Assembly (NCBI GenBank): GCA_964402535.1
Contig: CAYOCH010000003.1
Span: 1,825 to 65,824 of the forward strand
Reading direction: 5' to 3'
Origin: an uncultured Candidatus Saccharibacteria bacterium
GTDB taxonomy: Bacteria > Patescibacteriota > Minisyncoccia > Phycocordibacterales > Phycocordibacteraceae
DNA length: 64,000 nucleotides
The notes under the pieces were generated by a model. The model worked only from the letters and a program-made list of their open reading frames with translations, did no database searches and had not been told where the DNA came from. Shown in pieces: positions 46,485 through 58,642 of the stretch (its first letter is position 1; every line of letters starts with the position of its first letter). A program made the translations under genes and the position numbers.

Positions 46485-47308
46485 CCGTATTCCGAAGATC
46501 AGTGTGGAGGCACTACCAAGTGCACGGGCGGCACGATCTGCCGTGGCGTCAGACGCATGACGTCTACAAGATACTAGTTTCGGAAGTGATGCTCCAGCAG
46601 ACACAAGTTGAGCGGGTGATCCCTTTTTATCGGGCATTCTTGAAGAAGTTCCCGACAGCCAAGAAGCTTGCGGCAGCACCGCTTGCCGACGTCCTCACTG
46701 CGTGGCAGGGGCTCGGCTATAACCGACGCGCCAAGATGCTGCAGCAGGCGGCCAAAGTGCTTGCGACGAAGAATGTGACGACGATTGAAGAGCTTGAGGC
46801 GTTACCGGGCGTCGGCCCGTACACGGCGCGAGCCGTCGCTGCCTTCGCCTGGAACAAAGGCGGCATCGTGATCGAGACCAATATCCGCACAGCCGTGATT
46901 GAACATTTCTTCACGCCAGCAAAGAATAGAAACACTATCATATATGATAGTGTTTCTGACGCGGAGATTGAAAAGAGTTTAGCGAAATGCTTGCCGAAGG
47001 GGAGGGCGCGCGAGTGGTACAGCGCGCTCATGGACTATGGCGCGTCACTGAAGCGCTCGGGCATCTCGCACAACGCGAAGTCTGCGGCGCATACCAAGCA
47101 GCCCAAGTTCGCTGGCTCGCTGCGCCAGGCGCGCGGCGCGATCTTGCGTGAATTAGCTAAAGATTCGCAGACGAAAAAGCGCCTTGTCGGTTTGCTGGGT
47201 GATGTCCGTACTGCGCAACTGACGCACGCACTTTCTGCATTGGTCGCTGAAGGATTGGTTGAGGAGAGACGAAGAAGTCGATACGCACTGGCGGGTTCAC
47301 CCCGTTAG
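46466..47308 (+). CDS. mutY: MutY-like A/G-specific adenine glycosylase
   Basis: LPWR, VSEVMLQQTQV, WQGLGYNRRA and LPGVGPYTA motifs. Confidence 0.88.
   Translation: MAQSEITVFRRSVWRHYQVHGRHDLPWRQTHDVYKILVSEVMLQQTQVERVIPFYRAFLKKFPTAKKLAAAPLADVLTAWQGLGYNRRAKMLQQAAKVLATKNVTTIEELEALPGVGPYTARAVAAFAWNKGGIVIETNIRTAVIEHFFTPAKNRNTIIYDSVSDAEIEKSLAKCLPKGRAREWYSALMDYGASLKRSGISHNAKSAAHTKQPKFAGSLRQARGAILRELAKDSQTKKRLVGLLGDVRTAQLTHALSALVAEGLVEERRRSRYALAGSPR
46928..46957. repeat. perfect 30-bp palindrome in frame within mutY
   Basis: AGAAACACTATCATA/TATGATAGTGTTTCT. Confidence 0.85.
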
Positions 47309-47326
47309 AATCTGATTTCTAACGGG
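47301..47326. repeat. palindrome between convergent genes
   Basis: CCCGTTAGAA-TCTGAT-TTCTAACGGG; supplies the mutY TAG stop. Confidence 0.65.
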
Positions 47327-47327
47327 G

Positions 47328-48482
47328 CTAACGGAAGTCGCGGATGAAGAGCGTAGCGCCCGCGCCCGCGATCGCGACGAAGCCGCCAGCGAACAAGAAG
47401 AAATACGCGTAGGTGCCGAAGGATAAGACGAAGCTCGCGAGGATCGGTCCGACGAAGTAGGCGATCGGCCATGACGCGCGGAAGATGCTCATCGAGTTCA
47501 CGTCGCGCGCCGACACGCGGCGAAAGAAGTGCCCCTCGGTCGTGCTCTCGACAAGTGCCGCGCCCGTGCGGGTGAGGAGCAGGATGACGAGTACAAGGAT
47601 CGGCGTGCTGACAGAGGTGACGAGCGAGAGCGCGGCGAGTGAGCCACCCGCGATGAGGAAACCGACGAACATCATCTCCTTGTCGCCCAAGTAGCGGTCG
47701 GCAATCCAGCCGGCCGGATATTCGACGAGCGCATAGGGGATGAGCATGATAGCGAATATCCAGCTCAGATCGGACCATGGCATGCCGAGCACGGTGTGCA
47801 GATAGACCGGCACGTAGAAGGGCGCCCAGACGTAGAAGAACCACAAGACCTGGTGACAGAACGTGACGGCGAAAAGGTCGCGGTTGTTGCCGATGCGCGC
47901 GAGCGTCTCTTTGAAGTGAGAGAGCTGCGGCGGCTCGCCCTTGGGGAGCTTGCGCACAGCGAAAAGGATGATGAATGGCGCGAGGACGGCCGCTGCGGCG
48001 AGGAATCCGCGCGCGTAGTCGTTCGTACTGTCCAAGAGAGCTCCGATGAGGAGCGGTGCCGCGAAGACGCCGACGTTCCACGCGGTGAGAAAGAGGGAGC
48101 GCACGCGCCCGACTGCGCCCGACTCGGTGCCTGTCGCCTCGAGCAAGAGGTCGAGAGAATAGGAGATGAACGGCTGGACTGCGATCGTCACCGCGACGAG
48201 GAAGATGCCGGTAACGGCGCCCGGCGCGGTGGCGAGCGCGAAGAGCGCAATCATGAGCGCGATTGCAGAGGCGAGGGAGAGCTCCTGCGCGCCGTAGCGT
48301 TCGACGAGCGCGGGGAGGGAGGGGAAGACAAGCATCGCCAGGAGGCCGCCCGCCGCGATCGCGAGGCCGGTGTATGTCGCCGGCATCACGGTCGAGAGGT
48401 AGGGCAGGAGGATATAGATGATCAGCGTCGAGAAGATCGAGAAGAAGAAATTCGCGACGTAGAGCGTAACGCGCGGGTGCAT
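47328..48482 (-). CDS. MFS transporter
   Basis: About 12 TMs; G.IADRYLG motif A. Confidence 0.88.
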   Translation of the reverse strand: MHPRVTLYVANFFFSIFSTLIIYILLPYLSTVMPATYTGLAIAAGGLLAMLVFPSLPALVERYGAQELSLASAIALMIALFALATAPGAVTGIFLVAVTIAVQPFISYSLDLLLEATGTESGAVGRVRSLFLTAWNVGVFAAPLLIGALLDSTNDYARGFLAAAAVLAPFIILFAVRKLPKGEPPQLSHFKETLARIGNNRDLFAVTFCHQVLWFFYVWAPFYVPVYLHTVLGMPWSDLSWIFAIMLIPYALVEYPAGWIADRYLGDKEMMFVGFLIAGGSLAALSLVTSVSTPILVLVILLLTRTGAALVESTTEGHFFRRVSARDVNSMSIFRASWPIAYFVGPILASFVLSFGTYAYFFLFAGGFVAIAGAGATLFIRDFR

Positions 48483-48499
48483 ATTATTTGAAACGATAC

Positions 48500-48547
48500 C
48501 ACAAGAAAAAACGCGGCCCGCCATGGCGGGTCGCGTTTTTTCTTGTG
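48500..48547. terminator. terminator after rnj
   Basis: CACAAGAAAAAACGCGGCCCGCC-AT-GGCGGGTCGCGTTTTTTCTTGTG. Confidence 0.8.
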
Positions 48548-48557
48548 CGCGATGTGA

Positions 48558-50522
48558 TTACATCCCGATCAAGACAGGGATCACCATCGGCGCCTTGTTG
48601 GTGCGAGTGAAAAGGAATCCAGCCATCACGTCGGTGAGGTTGTTCTTGACGTAGTCGAGGTCGATCGGGTTCATGCCGCGCGTCGAGTCCTCGATCGTCT
48701 TCTTGATCAGCACGCGGCCCTCGTTCAAGAGGCTCTGCGACTCGCGCAGGTAGACGAAGCCGCGGCTGATGATGTCCGGCGACTTGCGCAGCTTGCCGGT
48801 CTTGAGGTTGACCGAGGCGATGATCACGAACATGCCGTCCTTGGCGAGCGACTGGCGGTCGCGGATCACGACCTCCTGGATATCGCCGATCGTGAAGCCG
48901 TCCACGACCATCGGGGCAGAGGGGACCTTGTGCTTGTGGATCTCCATCTTGTCACCGTCGATAATGTCGATCACCGTGCCGTTGTCGGCGAGGACGATAT
49001 TCTCACGCGGGAATCCCGACTGCTGCACGGCACGCGCGTGGCAGGTCGTCATCGAGCGGTAGCCGTAGCCCGGCATGAAGAAGTTCGCGTGCACCTGCTT
49101 GTTGATCCATACGAGCTCGCCCGTGTTGCCGTGGCCGGTCGAGTGCACGTCCGAGGAGCGGTAGTGGATCAGCGTCACGTTGTGGCGGTAGAGATTGTCC
49201 TTGAGCTTCTGCACCGAGATCTCGTTGCCCGGGATCACCGATGAGGAGAGCACGATCGTGTCGCGCTCGTTAAGCGTGATGTACTTATGCTGGTGCGTCG
49301 CGATGCGCATGAGTGCGGCGAACTCCTCGCCCTGCGCGCCGGTCGAGAGGATCACGATCTTCTCGGGCGGATAATTGGCGATATCCTGCGCCGGGATGAG
49401 CGTGTCCTTCTTGATCTTCAGGAGCCCCGTCTTCTCGGCGATCTCGAGGTTGTTCTTGATCGAGCGGCCCTCCGTCACGACCTTCTTGCCGAGCTTCTCG
49501 GCGGCCTCGATGATCTTGACCATGCGCTCGAACTGCGAGGCGAAGGTGCCGATGATGAGGCGGCCGGACACCGTCTTGATGATGTCCTCAAGCGTCTGGA
49601 TCACGCGCTTCTCAGGGATCGAGAAGCCGTCCTTCTCAGCGTTCGTCGAGTCGGCGATAAAGAAGATGTTCTTGTCCTTCGAGATGTCGCCCCAGGTCTT
49701 CTGCTCGCGCTCCGCCGGCGTGCCGTCGTCGTGGTCGAGCTTCAAGTCGCCGGTGATCACGACGTTGCCCTGCGGCGTCTCGATCGAGACGCCCATCGAG
49801 TCGGGGATCGAGTGCGTCACCGGGAAGAACTTCACGCGCGTCGAGCCGATCGTGACGGTCTGGCCGACCTCGACCTCGACCATCTCGGGCTTGGGGACGT
49901 CCGGATACTCCTCCTGACGTCGCTGGATCATGATCGACGTGAGCCTTTGGGTGTAGACGGGCGGAGTGCCGAAGCGAGGCAGGGTGAAGGGGATGCCGCC
50001 GATGTGGTCGAGGTGGCCGTGCGTGATCACGACGCCCTTCACGCGGTCGGCGTTCTTCTCGAGGAACTTGGTGTTGGGGAGGATATAGTCGACGCCCGGG
50101 CTCGAGTCCTCAGAGACGAACTGGAAGCCTGCATCGAAGACGAGGATGTCGCCGGTGGCGCCAACCTCGACGGCGGTCATGTTGCGGCCCACCTCCTCGA
50201 CGCCGCCCAAGGGGATGATACGGACGACGTTCGGTGCTGCGCGCTCCGGGAAGTAGTCTGCGCCGGGCGCGGTGCGCGTCGGCATCGCGGTCGGACGGCG
50301 CAGGATCCGCTGGATCCGGCGCGTCGCCGCGCCCGGACGGCCGCTGCCGCCACGGCCTCGGCCGCCGCCAGAGGGCTTGCCGCCCTCGCTCCTGCCGCCG
50401 AAGCGGCGTCCGCGGCCGCCGCGCGGCGGGCGATCGCCGCCACGGCGCGGTGCCGCTGCTGCCGGTCGCGCCTCGCCTGGCTCGTGTCGCGGAGCGGGGG
50501 CTGGTGCTGGTGCTTGATTCAT
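48558..50522 (-). CDS. rnj: ribonuclease J
   Basis: PLGG.EEVGRNM, THGHLDHIGG, HSIPD, VHSTGH and ISRGFVY motifs. Confidence 0.95.
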   Translation of the reverse strand: MNQAPAPAPAPRHEPGEARPAAAAPRRGGDRPPRGGRGRRFGGRSEGGKPSGGGRGRGGSGRPGAATRRIQRILRRPTAMPTRTAPGADYFPERAAPNVVRIIPLGGVEEVGRNMTAVEVGATGDILVFDAGFQFVSEDSSPGVDYILPNTKFLEKNADRVKGVVITHGHLDHIGGIPFTLPRFGTPPVYTQRLTSIMIQRRQEEYPDVPKPEMVEVEVGQTVTIGSTRVKFFPVTHSIPDSMGVSIETPQGNVVITGDLKLDHDDGTPAEREQKTWGDISKDKNIFFIADSTNAEKDGFSIPEKRVIQTLEDIIKTVSGRLIIGTFASQFERMVKIIEAAEKLGKKVVTEGRSIKNNLEIAEKTGLLKIKKDTLIPAQDIANYPPEKIVILSTGAQGEEFAALMRIATHQHKYITLNERDTIVLSSSVIPGNEISVQKLKDNLYRHNVTLIHYRSSDVHSTGHGNTGELVWINKQVHANFFMPGYGYRSMTTCHARAVQQSGFPRENIVLADNGTVIDIIDGDKMEIHKHKVPSAPMVVDGFTIGDIQEVVIRDRQSLAKDGMFVIIASVNLKTGKLRKSPDIISRGFVYLRESQSLLNEGRVLIKKTIEDSTRGMNPIDLDYVKNNLTDVMAGFLFTRTNKAPMVIPVLIGM

Positions 50523-50584
50523 AGATGTTGGTATTAATCGGGCTTAAGAAAGTAATGTTGAAACCCGTACGAAAATGTCGAACG

Positions 50585-52309
50585 CTACTTCGCGAAGATC
50601 GGCCACACGGCGTCCGTCGTGCGATACCACGTCGCGACCGTCGCGAAGCGGTCAGACGGCGTGATGATCTGCGGCAGCACGACCCCCTTCAAGTCGGCCG
50701 GCACCGTGTAGGTGAAGTCCGGCGCGTAAATGAAGGCAGCTGGGTAGTCCGCGGCGACCGTATCCTCGATCTTCTGCAGGTCGGCTGCGCGCTGGTTGGC
50801 GTCGGTCGTGCTGCGCGCGTCCTCGAGCAGGGCGTCCACGGCCTTATTCGCATAGAGCGCGATATTGAGACCAGGGTCGTTGCGCTCCTGCGAATCCCAG
50901 AACGCGTAGAGGTCCTGGTCGCGGCCGATCACCATCCCGTAGAGCAGCGCCTCGTACTTGCGCGGGCGGATCACGTTCTGCGAGAGGTCGCCCGGCTCGT
51001 AGAGCTCGATATCCACGGGGATGCCGAGCTTCTCCCAGTCAGCCTTGACTGCCGAAGCGACATTCTTCAACTCCGGTACGTTGCTCGTGCGGATCGTGAT
51101 CCCATCGAGCGTCTGCTTGGCGAGGGCGTTCTTCCATACGCGTGCCGTGCCGTCATACGTCCAGCCGCCGGTCTGCAGCGCTGCCGCCGCCGCCGCTGTC
51201 GGATTGGCCGACTGCGGGACGGCCGCCTGGCGGACGTTCTCGCCCGGCGGCACGGGGCCCATGATCGGCGTCGCGTAGCCGCCAAGCACCGTGTTGACGA
51301 TCGCGTCGCGGTCGAGCGCGATCGAGAGCGCCTTGCGCACCTCGGCGCGCGCGTAGACCTGCTTCTCGCTCGGATTGAAGAACACACCGAAGACGCGCGC
51401 GTAGGGCGCAGTGAGCGCGTCAGTCGTGCCGACGTCGTAGGCGCTCTCGTCGGCGCCGCTCTTCATCGCGCTCTCGAGGTCGACGCTCTGCGAGTAGAAG
51501 TCGAAGCGGATGCTGTCGAGGTACGGGCGGCCAAGCACGTAGTTGGGGTTCTCGGCGAGCTCCACGCTCTTGATGAGCCCCGAGGCATCGCGCGAGACGC
51601 TCGCTACCTTGAAGGGGCCCGCGCCGACCGGATTGGTCTCGAGGGTAGAGAAGGGGAACTCCTCATTCGAGATGCCCTGCCACAATCGCGCCGGGAGGAT
51701 CCCGAGCGTCGTCAGGCCGAGGAAGGGCGCGTAGGGCTTCGTGAGCGAGAAGCGGACGGTACGTGCGTCGACGGCGACCGCGCCGACGCCCGTCCAATCG
51801 GCGTATTTGGGACTCTTCAAGGCTGCGTTCTTCGCCTTGTTGACCGTGAAGACGACGTCGTCGGCCGTGACCGGCGAGCCGTCGGCGAACGTGGCGTTCT
51901 TGCGCAAGATGAAGGTGTAGGACTTGCCGTCGGGGCTCATCGTGTAGCCCTCAGCGAGTACGGGAACGAGCTTGCCCGAGCCGTCGAGACCCATGAGGCC
52001 TGCGTAGACGAGCGCCGAGAGATCGCGGTCGGCGTCGCTGATCGCCAAGAGCGGGTTGATGAACTGCGGGCTGCCGACCTCGCCCTCGGTGAGGCTCCCG
52101 CCGTAGGCAGGCACCTCGACGAGGAGCGAGCGCTCGAGCGAGTAGAGCCCGAGAATGCTCGCGGCTGCAAAAAGCACGACGAGCGTATAGAAGATCGCCC
52201 GATCGCCGCTCGAATAGGAGCGCACGCGCCCCTCGATCCGCTCCAGCAGCGGCACCGTCCAGGAACGTTCTAATCGAGCCCGCAACGCCTCTGCGTTAGA
52301 ATCTGTCAT
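50585..52309 (-). CDS. family 5 (peptide/nickel) ABC substrate-binding protein
   Basis: INPL, F.DG.PVTADDV.FT and PVGAGPF motifs. Confidence 0.9.
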   Translation of the reverse strand: MTDSNAEALRARLERSWTVPLLERIEGRVRSYSSGDRAIFYTLVVLFAAASILGLYSLERSLLVEVPAYGGSLTEGEVGSPQFINPLLAISDADRDLSALVYAGLMGLDGSGKLVPVLAEGYTMSPDGKSYTFILRKNATFADGSPVTADDVVFTVNKAKNAALKSPKYADWTGVGAVAVDARTVRFSLTKPYAPFLGLTTLGILPARLWQGISNEEFPFSTLETNPVGAGPFKVASVSRDASGLIKSVELAENPNYVLGRPYLDSIRFDFYSQSVDLESAMKSGADESAYDVGTTDALTAPYARVFGVFFNPSEKQVYARAEVRKALSIALDRDAIVNTVLGGYATPIMGPVPPGENVRQAAVPQSANPTAAAAAALQTGGWTYDGTARVWKNALAKQTLDGITIRTSNVPELKNVASAVKADWEKLGIPVDIELYEPGDLSQNVIRPRKYEALLYGMVIGRDQDLYAFWDSQERNDPGLNIALYANKAVDALLEDARSTTDANQRAADLQKIEDTVAADYPAAFIYAPDFTYTVPADLKGVVLPQIITPSDRFATVATWYRTTDAVWPIFAK

Positions 52310-52545
52310 CAGCCGACAAGAAGGAAGTTGACGACGGCAGCAAGCACGAGCGCGATAGCGACGACGACCGTCGCATTGAACAGGAATTTCTCAGCGCCAC
52401 GACGCTTATAAAAGGTAGACGCGAAATTATCGCCTCCGAAGGCTCCCCCGAGGGTGGCGCCGCGCTGCTGGAGCGCAATGCCGACGATGAGGAGTATTGC
52501 GAGGATGATTTCCGCGTATGGCAGTGCCGATACGAGTGCCTCCAT
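52309..52545 (-). CDS. secG: preprotein translocase SecG
   Basis: LQQRGA.LGGAFGG and RRGAEKFL motifs; two TMs. Confidence 0.92.
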   Translation of the reverse strand: MEALVSALPYAEIILAILLIVGIALQQRGATLGGAFGGDNFASTFYKRRGAEKFLFNATVVVAIALVLAAVVNFLLVG

Positions 52546-52657
52546 TTGTCCCCAGAGGATACCACGGGCGGGACCGCTGCTGCAAGTTGCACAGCCGCGC
52601 GCGGTTCACTATAGTAGCGGCACACGGGCGTTCATTATCCCTTTATCTGATACGCAT

Positions 52658-54599
<1,942 letters not shown>

Positions 54600-54647
54600 C
54601 ATCCATATGTTCGCGCTATAGCGTGAAGATTTGGATAGTGTGCGCAA

Positions 54648-54680
54648 ACAAAAAAGCCCCGCGCGAGCGGGGCTTTTTGT
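54648..54680. terminator. terminator after groEL
   Basis: AAAAAGCCCCGC-GCGA-GCGGGGCTTTTT. Confidence 0.8.
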
Positions 54681-54727
54681 TTGATTGTGTAATGCGCAAG
54701 ACATGTCGCAGTGCTACACTCAATCCA

Positions 54728-56200
54728 ATGAACTTCTCTTTGAGCCGCTTTGCGTTTGCCGGATGGAAGTATGCGGCAGCCGCCGTCGCGATCGTCGCAC
54801 TTCTTTTCACCTATTACGCGACCAAGGCGCCCAACTACGGCGCAACGATGGTGATAGTGCCCGGCAACTTCGACGAGCAGGTGAGCGTCTCGGGCACGGT
54901 CGTCGCCGCACAGAACGTCGCGCTCGGCTTCGCGGCGAACGGCCGCATCGCTGCGACCTACGCACGAGTGGGGCAGCAGGTCGGCGCCGGTACGGTGCTC
55001 GCTGAGATCGAGAACGGCGACCTCGCGGCCGCCGTCGCGCAGAAGAAGGCGACCCTCGCCTCGCTCCTCGCCGGCACGCGGCCCGAGCAGGTCGCGGTCG
55101 CGCAGGCCGCGGTGGCGAACGCGCAGGCCGCGCTCATAAACGCGATCCAGAGCGCCTACACCTCCTCGGACGACGCGGTGCACAACAAGGCCGACACGCT
55201 CTTCCAGAATCCACGCGTGCAGCCCCAGCTCTCGTTCTCGGTCACGAGCGCGACGCTTAAGGCGACGGCAGAGCGCGAGCGCGCTGCGCTCGAGCCGGTC
55301 TTCGCTTCGTGGAACGCGCTCGCCTCTGGCGCGACAAGCGACACCGCGCTTAGCGCGGCGAGGCAGACCCAGGCCTATCTCGCGCAGGTCGCGACCCTGC
55401 TCGCCGACACGAACGCAGCCTTGAACTCTGGCGCTCCCGACCAGACCACGACCGCAGCGACCCTCGCCTCGTATGCGACGACGCTCGCGACCGCGCGCAC
55501 GAACGTGAACGCGGCATCGACCGCGGTCACAAATGCGGTCTCGGCGCTCATCGATGCGCAGAAGACCTTGACCCTCGACGAGGCGGGGCCGACTGCGGCC
55601 GACGTCGCCGCCGCGCAGGCGGACGTGCAGAACGCGCAGGCCGCGCTCGCCAAGACGCGCGTCGTTGCTCCATTCAGCGGCGTCGTGACCCAGATGGACG
55701 CTAAGGTGGGCGAGATCGTCTCGCCCTCGACCTCAGAGATCTCGATGCAGAGCGACGGCGTGTTCGAGATCGAGACCTATATCCCCGAGGTGTCGATCGC
55801 GCGCGTGGCGGTCGGCAACTTGGCGACCACCACGCTCGACGCCTATGGTTCAGCCGTTCCCTTCGGCGCCAAGGTCATCTCGGTCGACCCGGCCGAGACG
55901 GTCAAGGACGGCGTCCCGACCTATAAGACCACGCTCATTTTCAATACGGCCGACCCGCGCATCCGGAGCGGCATGACGACAAGCGTGCTGATCGAGACCG
56001 GTGTACTCACGAACGCGATCGTCGTCCCGGCGGGCGCAGTCGCCAAGGCCGGCACGCCAGACGCCTATGTGACGGCGGTTGAGGGCGGCAAGCTTGTGAA
56101 CCGGAGCGTCACTACCGGCACCGCGCCCTCGCTCGGCCGGCTCGAGATCGTCACCGGCGTCTCTAAGGGCGACGTGATCCTCTTGACCCCGTCGACGTAA
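54728..56200 (+). CDS. HlyD/MacA-type membrane fusion (adaptor) protein
   Basis: N-terminal anchor, lipoyl halves (G.I....VGQ.V; APFSGVV), long helical hairpin. Confidence 0.88.
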   Translation: MNFSLSRFAFAGWKYAAAAVAIVALLFTYYATKAPNYGATMVIVPGNFDEQVSVSGTVVAAQNVALGFAANGRIAATYARVGQQVGAGTVLAEIENGDLAAAVAQKKATLASLLAGTRPEQVAVAQAAVANAQAALINAIQSAYTSSDDAVHNKADTLFQNPRVQPQLSFSVTSATLKATAERERAALEPVFASWNALASGATSDTALSAARQTQAYLAQVATLLADTNAALNSGAPDQTTTAATLASYATTLATARTNVNAASTAVTNAVSALIDAQKTLTLDEAGPTAADVAAAQADVQNAQAALAKTRVVAPFSGVVTQMDAKVGEIVSPSTSEISMQSDGVFEIETYIPEVSIARVAVGNLATTTLDAYGSAVPFGAKVISVDPAETVKDGVPTYKTTLIFNTADPRIRSGMTTSVLIETGVLTNAIVVPAGAVAKAGTPDAYVTAVEGGKLVNRSVTTGTAPSLGRLEIVTGVSKGDVILLTPST

Positions 56201-56203
56201 ACA

Positions 56204-57463
56204 ATGTTTTCGTTCACGAATATCCGCGTCGGCTTCTACCTCGCACTCCGCCAGCTGCGCCGCGCGAGCATCTGGACGACGAGCTTGATCGTCTTCGTGA
56301 TGCTGCTCACGTTCTTGAACCTCGTGGTCGTGACCGGCATCCTGGTCGGCATCGTGCAGGGTATCACCGACCAATTCCGCGTGCTCGAGACGGGTGACGT
56401 GGTCGTCTCCTCGCTCGACACCAAGAACTATATCGACAACAGCCAAGAGATCATCAGCCTCATCAGGGGGCTGCCGGGCGTCGAGCGCGTCACGGCGCGC
56501 TCAAGCGCTGGCGGCACGATCGAGGCGAACTATCACGATCGCACTGACCTGGCCGAGAAGCCTAACGAGACGGCCGCGACTATCACCGGTGTCGATCCGA
56601 CGGACGAGATGACCTTCTCGGGGCTAGAGAAGGATGTCCGCGAGGGCACCTTCCTCGCCGAGGGCGACTACGACGCGGTCGTGCTCGGATCGCAGTTCGT
56701 CGACCGCTACTCTTTCGGCGAGATGCCCGGCCTCACGCCCTTGAAGAACGTCTATCCGGGCACCAAGATCCGCCTCACGGTCGGCGGCTCGACGCGCGAG
56801 GTGGTGGTGAAGGGCATCCTCGTGACGAAGGCCAACTCGCCCTTGGCGCTTAAGGTGTTCATGCCTGAGACGGAGCTGCAGCAGCTCATCGGCCGCACCG
56901 ACCAGAACGTGAACCAGATCGCGATCAAGCTCACGCGGGGCGCAGACGCGGTCGCCTTCCGCGACCTCCTGAAGCGCAGCGGGGTAGGAGCGAACGCTAA
57001 GGTGCAGACCTTCGAGGATGCGATCCCGAACGGCATCGCCGAGGTTACAGGTACGTTCGCGACGATCGGCAACGGCATCAGCTCGATCGGGCTCGTCGTC
57101 GCCGCGATCACGATCTTCATCGTGATCTTCATCAACGCGATCACGCGGCGCAAGTTCATCGGCATCCTGAAAGGGATCGGTATCTCGGGCGAGGCGATCG
57201 AGCTCTCCTACATCATCCAATCCCTCTTCTACGCCCTCATCGGCTCGGGGATCGGCTTCGCGGTCATCTACGGATTCATGGTTCCTTACATCAGCGCGCA
57301 CCCGATCAGCCTGCCGATCAGCGACACGATCCTCGTCGCCCCCCTCTCGGGCACGGTGATCCGTGTCGTGATCCTCATCGTCACGACCGTGATCGCCGGC
57401 TATCTGCCCTCGCGCATGATCGTGCGCAAGAATACGCTCGACTCGATCCTCGGGCGCAACTGA
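56204..57463 (+). CDS. MacB/FtsX-type ABC permease
   Basis: One TM, large extracytoplasmic loop, three TMs; IGILKGIG. Confidence 0.9.
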   Translation: MFSFTNIRVGFYLALRQLRRASIWTTSLIVFVMLLTFLNLVVVTGILVGIVQGITDQFRVLETGDVVVSSLDTKNYIDNSQEIISLIRGLPGVERVTARSSAGGTIEANYHDRTDLAEKPNETAATITGVDPTDEMTFSGLEKDVREGTFLAEGDYDAVVLGSQFVDRYSFGEMPGLTPLKNVYPGTKIRLTVGGSTREVVVKGILVTKANSPLALKVFMPETELQQLIGRTDQNVNQIAIKLTRGADAVAFRDLLKRSGVGANAKVQTFEDAIPNGIAEVTGTFATIGNGISSIGLVVAAITIFIVIFINAITRRKFIGILKGIGISGEAIELSYIIQSLFYALIGSGIGFAVIYGFMVPYISAHPISLPISDTILVAPLSGTVIRVVILIVTTVIAGYLPSRMIVRKNTLDSILGRN

Positions 57464-57470
57464 CATCCAT

Positions 57471-58144
<674 letters not shown>

Positions 58145-58148
<4 letters not shown>

Positions 58149-58318
58149 GCCGCAAGAACTTCATCTGGGGCGGGATGATCGCGGGCTCGACGAGCGGCGG
58201 CCTCCTGCCGTACCTCTGGAACGGCGACATCATGGCGACGACCGTCTGGGGCGCCGTTGGCGGCTTCGCCGGCATCTGGGCGGGCTTCAAGCTCGCTAAG
58301 GCGACGGGCGCGCTATAA
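58145..58318 (+). CDS. 57-aa Gly-rich membrane microprotein (not in ORF track)
   Basis: GTG overlapping the ATPase stop (GTGA); MSRKNFIWGGMIAGSTSGGLLPYLW...GAVGGFAGIWAGFKLAK. Confidence 0.7.
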
Positions 58319-58330
58319 ACGACTCGGGAC

Positions 58331-58358
58331 TTGCATAATACCCCCAGGGGGGTATACT
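58331..58358 (+). promoter_or_regulatory. promoter with CsoR-type operator
   Basis: TTGCAT..TATACT overlapping ATACCCCC-AG-GGGGGTAT (58338-58355). Confidence 0.8.
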
Positions 58359-58365
58359 GGGGTGC

Positions 58366-58641
58366 ATGGAACACCCAGATGCAACGACCAAGAAGAAGCT
58401 CGTGCGGCGATTGAAGATTATCGAAGGGCAGGTGCGCGGACTCGTCTCGATGCTCGAGAAGGATACGTATTGCATCGACGTGATCGCGCAGACGTCGGCG
58501 GCGAAGCAGGGGCTGTCGAACGTTGAAGACCTCCTCCTGGTGCATCACCTGAAGGGCTGCGTGCGCCACCAGATGTCCTCGGGCCAGACCGCGACCGCAG
58601 TGAAGGAGGTGCTCAAGGTGTATCAGCTTAAGCGCAGATAA
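58366..58641 (+). CDS. csoR: CsoR/RcnR family metal-sensing repressor
   Basis: RL..IEGQVRG, YC.D and H...C motifs. Confidence 0.9.
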   Translation: MEHPDATTKKKLVRRLKIIEGQVRGLVSMLEKDTYCIDVIAQTSAAKQGLSNVEDLLLVHHLKGCVRHQMSSGQTATAVKEVLKVYQLKRR

Positions 58642-58642
58642 C

